64,000 bases of DNA, taken from the NCBI RefSeq assembly GCF_044704955.1, contig NC_091977.1, forward strand, positions 492,714,001-492,778,000, given 5' to 3'. Below the pieces are notes generated by a model that saw only the letters and a list, made by a program, of their open reading frames with translations, had not been told where the DNA came from and did not search any database. The DNA comes from Pristiophorus japonicus. Its lineage: Eukaryota. The position numbers were made by a program, and so were the translations under genes. Each line of letters opens with the position of its first letter. Position 1 is the first letter of the stretch. Below, in pieces: positions 36,562-50,289 of the stretch.

Positions 36562-38230
36562 TCATAGAATCACAGTACAGAAGGAGGCCATTCAGCCCAT
36601 CGTGTCTGTGCCAGCGCTCTGATAGAGCAATCAATTAGTCCCACTCCCCTACTCTTTCCACATAGCCCTGCAAATTTTTCTTGTACAAGTATTTATCCAA
36701 TTCCTTTTCGACAGTTACTATTGAATCTGCTTCCACCACCTTTTAGAAACATAGAAACATAGAAAATAGGTGCAGGAGTAGGCCATTCGGCCGTTCTAGC
36801 CTGCACCGCCATTCAATGAGTTCATGGCTGAACATTCAACTTCAGTACCCCATTCCTGCTTTCTCGCCATACCCCTTGATCCCCCTAGTAGTAAGGACCT
36901 CATCTAACTCCTTTTTGAATATATTTAGTGAATTGGCCTCAACAACTTTCTGTGGTAGAGAATTCCACAGGTTCACCACTCTCTGGGTGAAGAAGTTCCT
37001 CCGCATCTCGGTCCTAAATGGCTTACCCCTTATCCTTAGACTGTGACCTCTGGTTCTGGACTTCACCAACATTGGGAACATTCTTCCTGCATCTAACCTG
37101 TCTAACCCCGTCAGAATTTTAAATGTTTCTATGAGGTCCCCTCTCATTCTTCTGAACTCCAGTGAATACAAGCCCAGTTGATCCAGTCTTTCTTGATAGG
37201 TCAGTCCCGCCATCCCGGGAATCAGTCTGGTGAACCTTCGCTGCACTCCCTCAATAGCAAGAATGTCCTTCCTCAGGTTAGGAGACCAAAACTGTACACA
37301 ATACTCCAGGTGTGGCCTCACCAATGCCCTGTACAACTGTAGCAACACCTCCCTGCCCCTGTACTCAAATCCCCTTGCTATGAAGGCCAACATGCCATTT
37401 GCTTTCTTAACCGCCTGCTGCACCTGCATGCCAACCTTCAATGACTGATGTACCATGACACCCAGGTCTCTTTGCACCTCCCCTTTTCCTAATCTGTCAC
37501 CATTCAGATAATAGTCTGTCTCTCTGTTTTTACCACCAAAGTGGATAACCTCACATTTATCCACATTATACTTCATCTGCCATGCATTTGCCCACTCACC
37601 TAATCTATCCAAGTCGCTCTGCAGCCTCACAGCATCCTCCTCGCAGCTCACACTGCCACCCAACTTAGTGTCATCCGCAAATTTGGAGATACTACATTTA
37701 ATCCCCTCATCTAAATCATTAATGTACAGTGTAAACAGCTGGGGCCCCAGCACAGAACCTTGCGGTACCCCACTAGTCACTTCAGGGAATTCATTCTAAA
37801 TCATAACAACTTGCTGAGTAAAAAGAATTTCTCCCCTATGGCTTTTTTGTCAATTAACTTAAATATGTGTCCTCTGGTTATTGACCCTCCTGCCAGTGGA
37901 AACAATTTCCCCCTATCTAATCTATCAAAATCCCTCATTATTTGGAACACATCTATTAAATCTCCCCGTTATCTTCTTTGCTCTGAGGAGAACAATTCCA
38001 GCTTCTCTAGTCTCTCCAGATAACCAAAACCCCTCAATCCTGGTACAATTCTCATAAATCTCCCCGGTCACGTTCCAACGCCTTGACGGCCTTTCTAAAA
38101 TTGGCCACAATACATTGGTTGAGGTCTAACCAATGATTTATAAAAGTTTAGTATATCTTCCTTGCTTTTGTACTCTATGTCTCTATTTGTAAAGCCAAGG
38201 ATCCTGTGTGCTTTGTTACCAACTTTATCA
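36562..38230 (-). mobile_element. Older CR1 3' fragment (36562-36743 and 37782-38230) hosting a young CR1
   Basis: CR1 3' UTR and ORF2 C-terminus collinear across the insert. Confidence 0.8.
36745..37781 (-). mobile_element. Young CR1, 5'-truncated, with an uninterrupted 312-aa RT C-terminal frame
   Basis: ORF 36842-37780 has no stops (SGVPQGSVLGP...KFADD...GYGEKAGMGY); (AGAAACAT)n tail. Confidence 0.96.
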
Positions 38231-38627
38231 ACTGTTGGAGGGTGCTTTTTTTAGGTCATATTCTGCTTAATAGTTGCTTTGCGCGACAGAGCTACCACTT
38301 ATACCTCTGGAGACACCAAGAGCCAGCGGAATAGGTAGGGTTTCTTGATGCCTGGGAGGGAGCAGGACCACTTTCAAATTCTCAAGCTGCTATGGTGGAA
38401 TTTTGAATTCACTTTCTCTGGATTACTAGTACGACAACTAGTAATAATGGAGTGGCTGAGAAGGAACTTGAAATGGTACCCTGTATGAAGCTGCTGCGAA
38501 AAATTGTTTTCTACTAGGTAGCAAACCTATCAGTTTGCAGTTTTGATGTCAAGGGAAAGAGGGAGGGCAACGAACAGAAAATTCCTCTCCCTCTGGACCT
38601 TACCTTCCCAAGGAGGCATCAGTGGTA

Positions 38628-38853
38628 ATCATCATCATAGGCAGTCCCTCGAAAACGAGGAAGACTTGCTTCCACTCTAAAAGTGAGTTCTCAGGTGAGT
38701 GTACAGTCCAATACAGGAATTACAGTCTCTGTCACAGGTGGGACAGACAGTCGTTGAAGGAAAGGGTGGGTGGGGAGTCTGGTTTGCCGCATGCTCCTTC
38801 CGCTGCCTGTGCTTGTTTTCTGCATGCTCGCAGCGACGAGACTTGAGGTGCTC
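38628..38853 (-). mobile_element. RTE LINE 3' stub
   Basis: atcatcatcataggcagtccc tail, reverse strand. Confidence 0.9.
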
Positions 38854-39228
38854 TAGCTTATTTAGACAAGATTCACTCCATGATAATCATGTTAATTGGT
38901 GATTTTTCATCAACTAATCTCAATGTAATTTATTCACAAATAATGTAAATGTAACATGGTTAATGTAAATACTGAAACAGTGTCAGTAATTATACGAAAA
39001 CATGTTCCGACCTACCCGTCCCCCTCCTGCCAGATGACCCATGTGCATGCTTTAAATTTATGCTCAGATAGAAGAAGGATTTACATTTAAATAGCACTCT
39101 TTCACATTTCAGAAATACACAATGAATTACTTAGAAGTGAAGTGACTGTTGTTATACAGGCAAATTCAACAGCCATTTTGCTCACAATACACCCCCATAT
39201 ACAGATATGAAATAAAGAACCACATAGT

Positions 39229-39884
39229 GGAGTCCAAATTTGATATCTTTACACCTGTTTTACGAGCCTAGAACAGGAAGAATTCAGCAGTGAATAGGCT
39301 CACAACCGATCAGCCTGGGCTTTCGGGTACTGCTAAGTGGTTCGGAACAATTTTTTTAGGTGGGCCCGAACACAGGCCTCGTTTCAATTGAGGCTCTTGC
39401 GCTCATTTCTGACCCGGATTGGTAAATCTGTTTACACTAGCTGGAGCTTGCGATGCGCAAGCTTTGCCTGTTTTTTTTCCAGGAATGAGCAGCCTAGCCA
39501 GTGCTCCTTCAAGGGACCGCTGGAGCCCACTTAAAAAAAATTCCCCAAAACTTTGCTCTTTGTGAAGTCAGAGTCAAGAGTGCTCCTCCTGGCTCTGCCG
39601 CTGGGCCCCCTCGCACTCTCAGTCAGCAACCAACCTGCTCCTGATCATCCCCACGTCGCCCCCCCCCCCCCATCCTCGTTAGACATATGTAGGGTTCTAT
39701 TTGAGGCGCAATTGGTAAGACACCGGCTGGTAAGGCGAGCTGCATTGCGACGCCTGATTGACACCCGCAGTTCCCTGAATTATTATGATTAAGACCGAGG
39801 ATACCTTTAGTCTCCATTTCAGCACACCATTGCTGCACGCCAACAGAATCACGCCCTGCTAGAGCACTAAGGAATTTAGGCCGC
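39229..39884. mobile_element. Harbinger-type MITE inserted in a minus-strand SINE
   Basis: ggagtccaaatt...aatttaggccgc ends with AGT on both sides; SINE sequence flanks it (about 39070-39228 and 39885-39960). Confidence 0.65.
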
Positions 39885-39961
39885 AGTCTGCTTCCTGGCG
39901 ATGTTGGTCAAGGGACGAACGTTGGCCAGGTGAACCCCCTGCCCTTTGGAATAGTGGCGTG

Positions 39962-40131
39962 GTGGCCCTGCATTTCTGTGTTGGTTCTCCCAATCTCCTG
40001 CCATAACCTTGGCAGCAGATAGACAGAACTTCCAGAGAAATTATGTTGAGCTGTTTCTCTCGGGGTTTCTGACAATCAACCGCGGAAGTTGCAGCGGGAG
40101 ATCAAAACAATCCATGCAGAAATTTAGCCTC
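39962..40131. mobile_element. Palindromic MITE (about 170 bp)
   Basis: atctcctgccataac.../...gttgcagcgggagat arms; ends resemble those at 19169 and 21215. Confidence 0.6.
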
Positions 40132-40641
40132 AGGATCTTTTATGTTCACTGGATATTTGTAAAGAAAAGCTTTTGCTGGATCCCTTAACCAAAGTATTTT
40201 CCAACAGCATAATCTATTTTTCCAGAAACGCAATAAATTATCATTTTACATCTCTCCCAATGTTATTTCCATTGACTTCATCTGTTTTACTCAATCGCAC
40301 AAAGTCAAGATCTATCCAATAGCTTATTTGGTGCTATGCTAAAGATATGATTGTATAATATTGGAAGAGCTATTTCCAAAATAGCCATTGCAGCAATGTT
40401 AGGGTAACACTGTTCACAGCATTGACTGTTCAGTTAATGTCAAACATCAAACTATTAGTGTTAATTGACTTTAGTTAGCACATGGACTACAGTCGTTCAA
40501 GAACAAGGCCATCACCAGCTTCTCAAGGCCATCAAGGGATGGGCAATAAATGATGGTCATGCCAGCAACACTCACAACTTAAGAATGATTAGTTAAACCT
40601 TTTAGTAATAAGCTTCTTTAAGTTCAGAAAAAGAATTTAAC

Positions 40642-43600
40642 GGGGCCAAAATTCAGCCTCCTGATACAGCCTGTTACCGTCAGAAAGCGGCGGCCACCGA
40701 TTTTTTTTGTGGAATGGCCGCTGCTCGCAAAATTCTCCTCGTTGGTTTTTCCAGCGGTCCCCACTTCCACCCCGCTGCTGCTGAACTCTCCTCAGTGCAC
40801 CATCAAAGTGCGTACCACCGGTCTCTCGCCCAAGAAGCAAAATTCACCGTAAAAAATCTTGCGACCGCCGCTTGGTGCCCCGCATATGGTGGTGCGGTCG
40901 TCATAAAGGGGACCGTGCCGTGCCGCGCAGTGCCGTGGCAGCAATTTTTTTTTGTCGGCCGACTGCCAGGTCAGCCTGACAATTATGCCCCCAGGTTCAG
41001 TCGGGCCGCCAACAGGCAGCATAGCACCTCCTCTAGGGTGCTAGGCCGCTGGCCCAGCCGAAACCTTCCCTGGTGGCCCAGTGGACATAGAAACATAGAA
41101 AATAGATGCAGGAGTAGGTCATTCGGCCCTTCAAGCCTGCACCACCATTCAATAAGATCATGGCTGATCATTCCCTCAATACCCTTTTCTGCTTCCTCTC
41201 CATACCACTTGATCCCCCTAGCCGTAAGGGCCATATCTAACTCCCTCTTGAATATATCCAATGAACTGGCATCAACAACTCACTGCGGCAGGGAATTCCA
41301 CAGGTTAACAACTCTCTGAGTGAAGAATTTCTCCTCATCTCAGTCCTAAATGGCCTGCCCCTTATCCTAAGACTGTGTCCCCTGGTTCTGGACTTCCCCA
41401 ACAACGGAAACATTCTTCCCGCATCTAACTTGTCCAGTCCCGTCAGAATCTTATGTTTCTATGAGATCCCCTCTCATCCTTCTAAATTCCAGTGTATAAA
41501 GACCCAGTTGATCCAGTCTCTCCTCATATGTCAGTCCAGCCATCCCAGGAATCAGTCTGGTGAACCTTCGCTGCACTCCCTCAATAGCAAGAACATCCTT
41601 CCTCAGATTAGGAGACCAAAACTGAACACAATATTCCAGGTGAGGCCTCACCAAGGCCCTGTACAACTGCAGTAAGACCTCCATGCTCCTATACTCAAAT
41701 TTCATACCTATGAAAGCCAACTAACCATTTACCACCTGCTGTACCTGCATGCCAACTTTCAATGACTGATGAACCATGACACCCAGATCTCGTGACACCC
41801 AGATCTCGTAGCACCTACCCTTTTCCTAATCTGCTGCCATTCAGATAATATTCTACCTTCGTATTTTTGCCCCCAAAGTGGATAACCTCACATTTATCCA
41901 CATTATACTGCATCTGCCATGCATTTGCCCACTCACCTAACCTTACAAAGTCACCCTGCAGCCTCTTAGCGTCCTCCTCACAGCTCACACCGCCACCCAG
42001 CTTAGTGTCATCTGCAAACTTGGAGATATTGCACTCAATTCCTTCATCTAAATCATTAATGTATATTGTAAAGAGCTGGGGTCCCAGAACTGAGCCCTGC
42101 GGCACTCCACTAGTCACTGTCTGCCATTCTGAAAAGGACCCATTTATCCAACTCTCTGCTTCCTGCCTGCCAACCAGTTCTCTATCCACAACAGTACATT
42201 ATCCCCAATACCATGTGTTTTGATTTTGCATACCAATCTCTTGTGTGGGACCTTGTCAAAAGCCTTTTGAAAGTCCAAATATACCACATCCACTGGTTCT
42301 CCCTTGTCCACTCTACTAGTTACATCCTCAAAAAATTCCAGATGATTTGTCAAGCAAGATTTCCCTTTCATAAATCCATGCTGACTTGGATCCTGTCACT
42401 GCTTTCCAGATGCGTTGCTATTTCATCCTTAATAATTGATTCCAACATTTTCCCCACTACCGATGTCAGGCTAACTGGTCTATAATTACCCGTTTTCGCT
42501 CTCTCTCCCTTTTTAAAAAGTGGTGTTACATTAATTACCCTCCAGTCCATAGGAACTGATCCAGAGTCGATAGACTGTTGGAAAATGATCACCACTAAAT
42601 CCACTATTTCTAGGGCCACGTCCTTAAGTAGTCTGGGATGCAGACTATCAGGCCCCATGGATTTATCGGCCTTCAATCCCATCATAGAAATTTCCCTAAC
42701 ACAATTTCCCGCCTAATAAGGATACCCTTCAGTTCCTCCTTCTCACTAGACCCTCGGTCCCCTAGTACTTCCGGAAGTTTATTTGTGTCTTCCTTCGTGA
42801 AGACAGAACCAAAGTATTTGTTCAATTGTTCTGCCATTTCTTTGTTCCTCATTATAAATTCACCTGAATCTGACTGCAAGGGACCTACGTTTGTCTTTAC
42901 TAATCTTTTTCTCTTCACATATCTATAAAAGCTTTTGCAGTCAGTTTTTATGTTCCCAGCAAGCTTCCTCTCGTACTCTATTTTCCCCCTCTTAATTAAA
43001 CCCTTTGTCCTCTTCTGCTGAATTCTAAATTTCTCCCATTCCTCAGGTTTGCTGCTTTTCCTGGCCAATTTATAAGCCTCTTCCTTGCATTTAACACTAT
43101 CCTTAATTTCCCTTGTTAGCCACGGTTGAGCCACCTTCCCCGTTTTATTTTTACACCAGACAGGGATGTACAATTGTTGAAGTTCATCCATGTGATCTTT
43201 AAATGTTTGCCATTGCCTATCCACCATCAACCCTTTAAGTATCATTTGCCAGTCAATTTTGGCCAATTCACATCTCATACTATCGAAGTTACCTTTCCTT
43301 AAGTTCAGGACCCTAGTTTCTGAATTAACTGTGTCACTCTCCATCTTAATAAAGACCCAACCAAAATAATCGCAGAGCTCGCAGCGGCTCTCCCTTTAAG
43401 TGAAGGTGGCAGATGTGGTGACGCGCCAGTGTAATGATGTCATCAGCGCTACGCTGATGACTGACAGTGTCGGACACTCTGCCCGCCCCACTTCTGCCCC
43501 TCTTATGACGGACACTCTGCTTCCGCCCCCACTTTCGCCCCCATTATGTCCGACTTCCGCCTCGCTCGAAAAAAAACCAAAGAGCTGAATTTCGCGCAAG

Positions 43601-43682
43601 AGCCACCAGATCCACCACGGCAGTGAAAACACAGGAAAAATGGTAGGTGCGACCCGATTCCGGTGGGGGTGAATTTCGGCCC
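40642..43682. mobile_element. Harbinger-type MITE split by a CR1
   Basis: GGGGCCAAAATTCA...TGAATTTCGGCCC; the halves rejoin at cagtggac|ccaacc, as in the copy at about 35140. Confidence 0.82.
41087..43353 (-). mobile_element. CR1 LINE, 5'-truncated ORF2
   Basis: MESDTVNSETRV..., YLDFQKAFD, FADD, tail agaaacat; similar to 30519-34113. Confidence 0.95.
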
Positions 43683-43851
43683 GGCAACTTTTCTCCGCAT
43701 AGATCCGGTGAAGTCTGCCAGTTATTTTGGTGGCTCTCACTCTGTTTTGGCATGTTTTAAATGAAGATTAATACTTTGATTATATGTACTATGGTCTAGT
43801 AGTTAGGGTTGGAGAAGCAGCATCTGTTGTGGCAGTGATTGAGTTCTTTTA

Positions 43852-46800
43852 AACGTTCATTCATGGGATGTGGGCATTGCTGGGAAGGCCAGCATTTATT
43901 GCCCATCCCTAATTGCCCTCGAGCCGCCTTCTTGAACCACTGCAGACCCTATGGTGAAGGTACTCTCACAGTGATGTTAAGGAGGGAGTTATAGGATTTT
44001 GACTCAGCAACGATAAAGGAACAGCGATATATTTCAAAGTGATGGTGTTCCCATGCGACTGCTGCCCTTGTCTTTCTAAATGCTTTGCTGATTTGGGAAG
44101 TGCTCTCGAAGAAGCCTAGCCAAGTCACTGCAGTACATCTTGTAGATGATATATACTGCAGTCACGGTGCGCAGATGGTGGAAGGAGTGAATGTTTAAGG
44201 TGATGGATGGGGCCGTTTTGTCCTGGATGGTGTCACTCATCCAGGAAAATTGAAAGTATTCCATCACACTCCTGACTTGTGCCTTCTAGGTGGTGGAAAG
44301 GCTTTGGGGAGTCAGAAGGTGAGACACTCAGCACAGAATACCCAGCCTCAGATCTGCTCTTGTAGCTACAGTATTTATGTGGCTGGTCCAGTTAAGTTTC
44401 TGGTCAATGGTAACCCACAGAATGTTGATGGTGGGGTATTCGACAATGGTAATGCCATTGAATGTCAAGGGGAGATGGTTAGACTCTCCCTTTTGGAGAT
44501 GGTCATTGCCTGGTACTTCGGTAGTGCGAATATTAATTGCCACTTATCAGATCAAGCCTAGATGTTGTCCAGGTCTTGCTGCATGTGGGCATGAAATGCT
44601 TCATTATCTGAGGAATTGTGAATGGAACTGAACACTATACAATCATCCCCACTTCTGACCTTATGATGGAGGGAAGATCATTGATGAAGCAGTTGAAGAT
44701 GTTTGAGTCTAGGACACTGCCCTGATGAACTCCTGTCCTAGAACTGAGATGATTGGCCTTCAGCAACCATAACCACCTTCCTTTGTGCTAGATATGAATC
44801 TAGCCAGTGGAGAGTTTTTCCTCTAATCCCCATTAACTTCAATTATACTAGGATTCCTTGCTTCCAAACTTGCTCAAATGTTACATTGCTGTCAATGGCA
44901 GTCACTCTCAATTCATCTCTGGAAGTCAGCTCTTTTGTTCCTGTTTGGACCAGGACTGTAATGAGGTCTGGAGCTGAGTAATACTGATGGAACTCAAACT
45001 GGGCATCATATAGCAGGTTACTAGTGAGTAAATGCCACTTGACGAGGCCTTCCATCACTTTGCTGATGATTGAGAGGAATATAAGAACAAGAGTAGGCCA
45101 TTCAGCCCTTGAGATTATGGCTGATCTGTGATCTAACTCCATATACCTTGCCCCATATCCATTCACACCTTTGGTTAAAAAAATCAATCACAGATTTAAA
45201 ATTAACAATTGATCTACCATCAATTGTTGTTTCCAGAAGCAAGTTCCAAACTTCTACCACCTTTTGTGTATAGAAGCGTTTCCTAATTTCACTCCTGAAA
45301 GGTCTGACTCTAATTTTTACACTATGTCCCCTAGTTCTAGATTCCCCAACCAGCGGAAATAGTTTCTCTCTATCTATTCCATTAATCTATCCTTTTAATA
45401 TCTTGAAAACTTCGATCAAATCACCCCTTAACCGTCTAAATTCGAGGAAATGCAATTCTAATTTGTGTAATCTTTCCTCGTAATTTAACCTTTGGAATCC
45501 AGGTGTAATTCTGGTAAACCTACTCTGCACTCCCTCCAAGTCCACTTTATGCTTCCTAAGGTGTGGTGCCCAGCACTGCTCACAGTACTCCATGTGTGGT
45601 CTAACCAGGGCTTTGTAACCAGCATCATTGCTACCCCTTGTACTCTAGTCCTCTAGCTATAAAGGCCAGCATTCCATTAGCCTTTTTGATTATTTTCTGT
45701 ACCTGTTCATGACATTTTAATGATCTATGTATTTAGTCCCAAGTCTCTTTAGATATCTGATTTTAGCTTTTCACTGTTTAGAAAGCACCTACTCTATCTT
45801 TTTTAGGTCTAAAGTGGATGACCTCACATTTCCTACATTGAAATCCATTTGCCGCAGTTTTGCCCATTCACTTAATCTACCAATCTCCTTTTGTAATTTT
45901 ATGCTTCATCTACACTGCTTACAATGCCGCCTATCTTTGTGTCATCGGCAATTTTGGATATGTGGCTTTCTATGCCAACATCTAAGTCGTTAAAATACGG
46001 TGAATAGCTGAGGCCCCAAATCCTCGCCGTACACCACTAGTCACATCCTGCCAATTACAGTACCTACTCATTATCCCCACTCTCTGTCTCCTGCCGCTCA
46101 GCCAATTTTCTAACCAGGTCAATAATTTGCCTTCAATTCCATGGACTTCAACCTTAGTTAACAGTCCCTTATGCAAGACTTTATCAAATACCTTCTGAAA
46201 GTCCATATAAATAACATCGATGGACAATCCCCTGTCCACTACTTTAGTCACCACCTCAAAAAATTCAAGTATGACCTGCCTTTCACAAATCCCTCTTTCT
46301 GATCAGCTGAAAATTTTCAAGGTGTTCTGTCACCCTACCCTTAATTATATACTCTAGTAATAGTCTGACAACAGATGTTAGACTAACTGGTCTATAATCC
46401 TCTGGTTTCCCTCTTTTGCTATTCTTAAATAGCAGAGTGACATGTGCAATTTTCTAATCTAAGGGGAAGGTCACTGAATTGAAAAAACTTTGGAAGATTA
46501 TAGTTAGGGCTTCTACAGTGTGTTTACCTACTTCTTTTAAATCCTGGGATGGAAACCATCTAGTCTGGGGGATTTGTTAATCTTTAGTGCCATTATTTTC
46601 TTCATTACTGCTATTTTGCTTACATTAATTTTATTGAGTCCTTGTCCCTGATTTTATATTCATTTCCTTGGGATTCCAGATATGCTATCCTCTTCCTCCA
46701 CTGTAAATACTGATGCAAAGTAATTATTCAACATGTCCTCCATTTCCTTATTATCATTGACAATATTACCAATATCAGTTTTCAAGGGGGCAGCATTGCT

Positions 46801-48535
46801 CTTTTTCCTAATAGTCAGATGAAGCAGTTATTGGCCGGATTGGATCTGTTCTGCTTTTTGTAGGCAGAACATACCTGGGTAATTTCCCACTTTGTCGGGT
46901 AGATGACAGTGTTGTAGCTGAACTGGAACAGCTTTGCTAGAGGCGCAGCTAGTTCTGGAGAACAAGTCTTCAGCACTACAGCACTACACACTACAGCCGG
47001 GATGTTGTTGGGACCCATAGCCTTTGCTCAGCCATTTCATGATCTCACATGGTCTGATCGAATTGGCTGAGGACTGGCATCTGTGATGGTGGGGACCTCA
47101 GGAGAAGGCCAATATAGATCATCCACTTGGCACTTTTGGATGGAGATGGTTGCAAACGCTTCAGTCTTGTCTTTTGCACTCATGTGCTGGGCTCCATCAT
47201 CATTAAGGATGAGGATGTTCATGGAACCTCCTCCTTCCATTAGATGCTTAATTGTCTGCCACCATTTATGACTGTATGTGGCAGGACTACAGCACTTTAA
47301 TCTAATCCATTGATTTTGGTTCTCTTAGCTTTGTCTATAACTTGCTGCTTCTGCTGTTCAGCATGCATGTAGTCCTGTGTTGCAGCTTCACCAGGTTGTC
47401 AGCTCATTTTCAGGATGCTTGGTGATGCTCCTGGCATGCTCTTCCACACTCTTCATTGAACCAGGATTGGTCAACTAGTTTGATGGTAGAGTGAGGGATA
47501 TGCCAGGCCACGAGGTTACAGATTGTGGTGGAATACAGTTCTGTTGCTGCTGATAGCACTTCATGGATGCCCAGTTTTGAGCTGCTAGATCTGTTCTGAA
47601 TCTGTCCCATTTAGCACAATGGTAGTGCCACAGTACATGAATGAGGGTTTCCTCAGTGGGAAGCTGGGACTTTGTCTCCACAATGACTATGGTCACTCCT
47701 ACCACTACAGAAATGGACAGATACATCTTCAACAGGTAGATTGGTGACAACGAGGTTAAGTAGGTTTTTTCCTCGTGTTGGTTCTCTCACCACCTGCTGC
47801 AAGCCCAGTCTGGCAGCTATGTCCTTCAGGGCTCGGTCAGTAGTGGTGCTTCCGAGTCACTCTTGGTGATGGACATTGAAGTCCCCTATTCAGAGTATAT
47901 TCTGTGCACTTGCTACCCTTGGAGCTTCTTCCAAGTGTTCCTCAACATGGAGGAGTACTGATTCATCAGCTAGGGAGGATGGTAGGTGGTAATCAGTAGG
48001 AGGTTTCCTTGCCTATGTTTGACCTAAAGCCATGAGACTTCATGGTTTTGCAGAGTCGCAGTTGAGGACTCCCAAGGCCAATACGTCCCGACTGTATACC
48101 ACTGTACGGCCAACTCTGGTAGGCCTGTCCTGCCTGTGGGACAGGACATACCCAGGAATGGTGATGGAGGAATCTGGGAAGTTGGTTGAAAGGTATGATT
48201 CTGTGAGTATAACTATATCAGGCTGTTGCTTGACTAGTCTGTGGAACAGGTCTCCTAATTTTAGCAAGTCCCCAGATGTTAGTGTGGAGGACTTTGCAGG
48301 GTCGACTGACCTTTGTGTTGTCCGAATTTGATGCGTAGGCTGATGCCAGTTGAACTTTACGATTTTATTCTTATTAGACTTTTTTGTCGTGGGTTGATAC
48401 AACTAAGGGGCTGCTAGGCCATTTCAGAGGAGAGTTCAGAGTCAACCACATTGCTGTGGATCTGGAGTCACATTTAGGCCAGACCAGGTAAGGACGATAG
48501 GTTTCCTTCTCTAAAGGACATTAGTGAACCAATCA
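43852..48535 (-). mobile_element. Near-full-length degraded LINE of a second CR1/L2-group family (APE-RT)
   Basis: KQQPDIVILTESYL endonuclease start, GPNNIPAVV..LAAPLAKLFQ, SAPDLIT, DQKLNWTSHIN; 3' end gggatgggcaataaatgctggcc...catgaatgaa. The same tail occurs as stubs at about 6870-6935 and 40535-40590. Confidence 0.85.
45080..46812 (-). mobile_element. CR1 LINE fragment nested in the 43852-48535 LINE
   Basis: YMDFQKVFD, EYCEQCWAP, RRLRGDLIEVFKI. Confidence 0.88.
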
Positions 48536-49059
48536 TGGACCATTTCATGAATTAGCTAAATATCTAGACAGGAAGAAGTGGAAGATAAAATTTAGTACAT
48601 TCAAGTGTAAAGAAGATGAAGCAAAATGGGCAGCAGAAATACAATTTGCATTTATATAGCATTTTACACAAAATGTCCTACATCACTTCAGAGTTGAGCA
48701 GAGTAGGGAGTAGGACTGGCTAGGGGCGGTAGCTGGAAACACTGTAGATCAGAGAGGTTTTAAGAAGGATTTTTCAAGGTGCGGGGAGATATAGTAAGAC
48801 AAATGGGATTAGTGAGGAATTTCAGAGGGCAACATGGCTGATATCACGGCAGAGGGAGGGGGAATGTGCAGTAGGAGAGTGCGAAGAGCGGAGGATCCAG
48901 GAAGGGATGTATACTAGAATGTTCCGTGAGCTCCTTGAATGGTGTTGAACTATCGATGGATATTGTTGAAAGAGATCTAGCAGCATTTGTAGCATAACAT
49001 GTTCAACCACTGTGGAGCAACAAGCAGCAAATTCAATAACAATATCAAGATAACAGTAC

Positions 49060-49680
49060 AAACCAGAGGAAGCTATCATAAACTGTAAAGGGCTCTAATC
49101 AGACCTCAGCTTGTACTGTTGAAGTCATTGAGACACAGCAAAAACACTCAAGGCTCCGCAGCAATTCAGAGAGCCACAACACTGATCCCATGTATTGAAG
49201 CAATGCTGTGAGGAAAAGCTGGAGAAACCTGGGGTTGTCAGCTGTGATAGGAGTCGACTAAGAGGTGACCTTCTGGAGGTATACAAAATAATACATTGTA
49301 TAGGGAAGTTAAATCGGGAACACTACTTCAAGTTAAAAGTGTGACTGTAGAACAAGGGATCACAGGTTCAAAACAGTAATAACAGCAAAACTACGATAAG
49401 ATAATTGGCAAAAGAACCAGAGGGGGGGGGGGTGAGGAGAATTTTCTTTACACAGCAAGTTGTTATGATGTGTCGTGCATTGCCTGAAAGGGTGGACCAG
49501 ATTCAATCACAATTTTCAAAGGGGAATTGGATATATACTTGTAAAGTAAAATATTTGTGGGGCTATGGGTAAAGAGCAAGGGAGTGAAACTAATTGAATA
49601 GCTCTCTCAAAGCCGAAACAGGCACGATGGGCTGAATGACCTCCTTCTGGGCTATAAGATTCTATGATTGTTTCTATGAC
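49060..49680 (+). mobile_element. Degraded CR1 3' fragments
   Basis: RLRGDLLEVYK-like segment and tail gattctatga. Confidence 0.7.
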
Positions 49681-49699
49681 TACAGGGCACATTTTCTCA

Positions 49700-50050
49700 G
49701 TAAATAAATGTAGCATGCATATTGTGCACAGTGCAATCCCACAAACAGCTTTGAGATGAATCACCCATAAATCTGTTTTTAGTGGTGTTCGTTGAGCGAG
49801 GGATGTTGACAGGAGAACTCCCAGCTCTTTTTCAAATGGTGCCCTGCGGTCTTTAACAATCACTGGTCCAGGCTGATGGGCTTTGTTTCAAAGCCTCATC
49901 CCACAGACAGCAGCTCCAAGAATGCAGTATTCTCAATATTAGACCAGAGCATTAGCTTAGATGATAAACTCTATCTCCTAGTATAGAACTTGAACCTACA
50001 ACCTTTGACCCACAATCAAGAGTGCTACTAACTGAGCCAAGTTGACACTG
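49700..50050 (-). mobile_element. Degraded tRNA-derived SINE
   Basis: Reverse head gtcaacttggctcagttagtagcac; collinear with 25677-26145. Confidence 0.65.
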
Positions 50051-50077
50051 CATAGTTGCTGAACAAGAAGTCAAGTG

Positions 50078-50289
50078 TGTTGTGTATGGAGAAAGAGTCA
50101 GACTGAACTCTGTGAGCTCAAAGTAAAGTGTGACCTTAGTCTTTTATTGCAGGTCTCCAGAGTGCCTCTCCAGCCAGTGAAGCCTCCTTAAATACCTGTG
50201 CTCCCAAAGGATTATGGGATCCCTTGGGACTCCAGGGGATGAGCCCTCTGGTGACTGTACAGAGAAAATACAAGTCCACATATATAACA
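50078..50289 (-). repeat. 3' LTR of the Gypsy element
   Basis: TGTTG...TAACA; preceded on the minus strand by polypurine tract ggggtggagggggtggggag (about 50293-50312). Confidence 0.95.
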
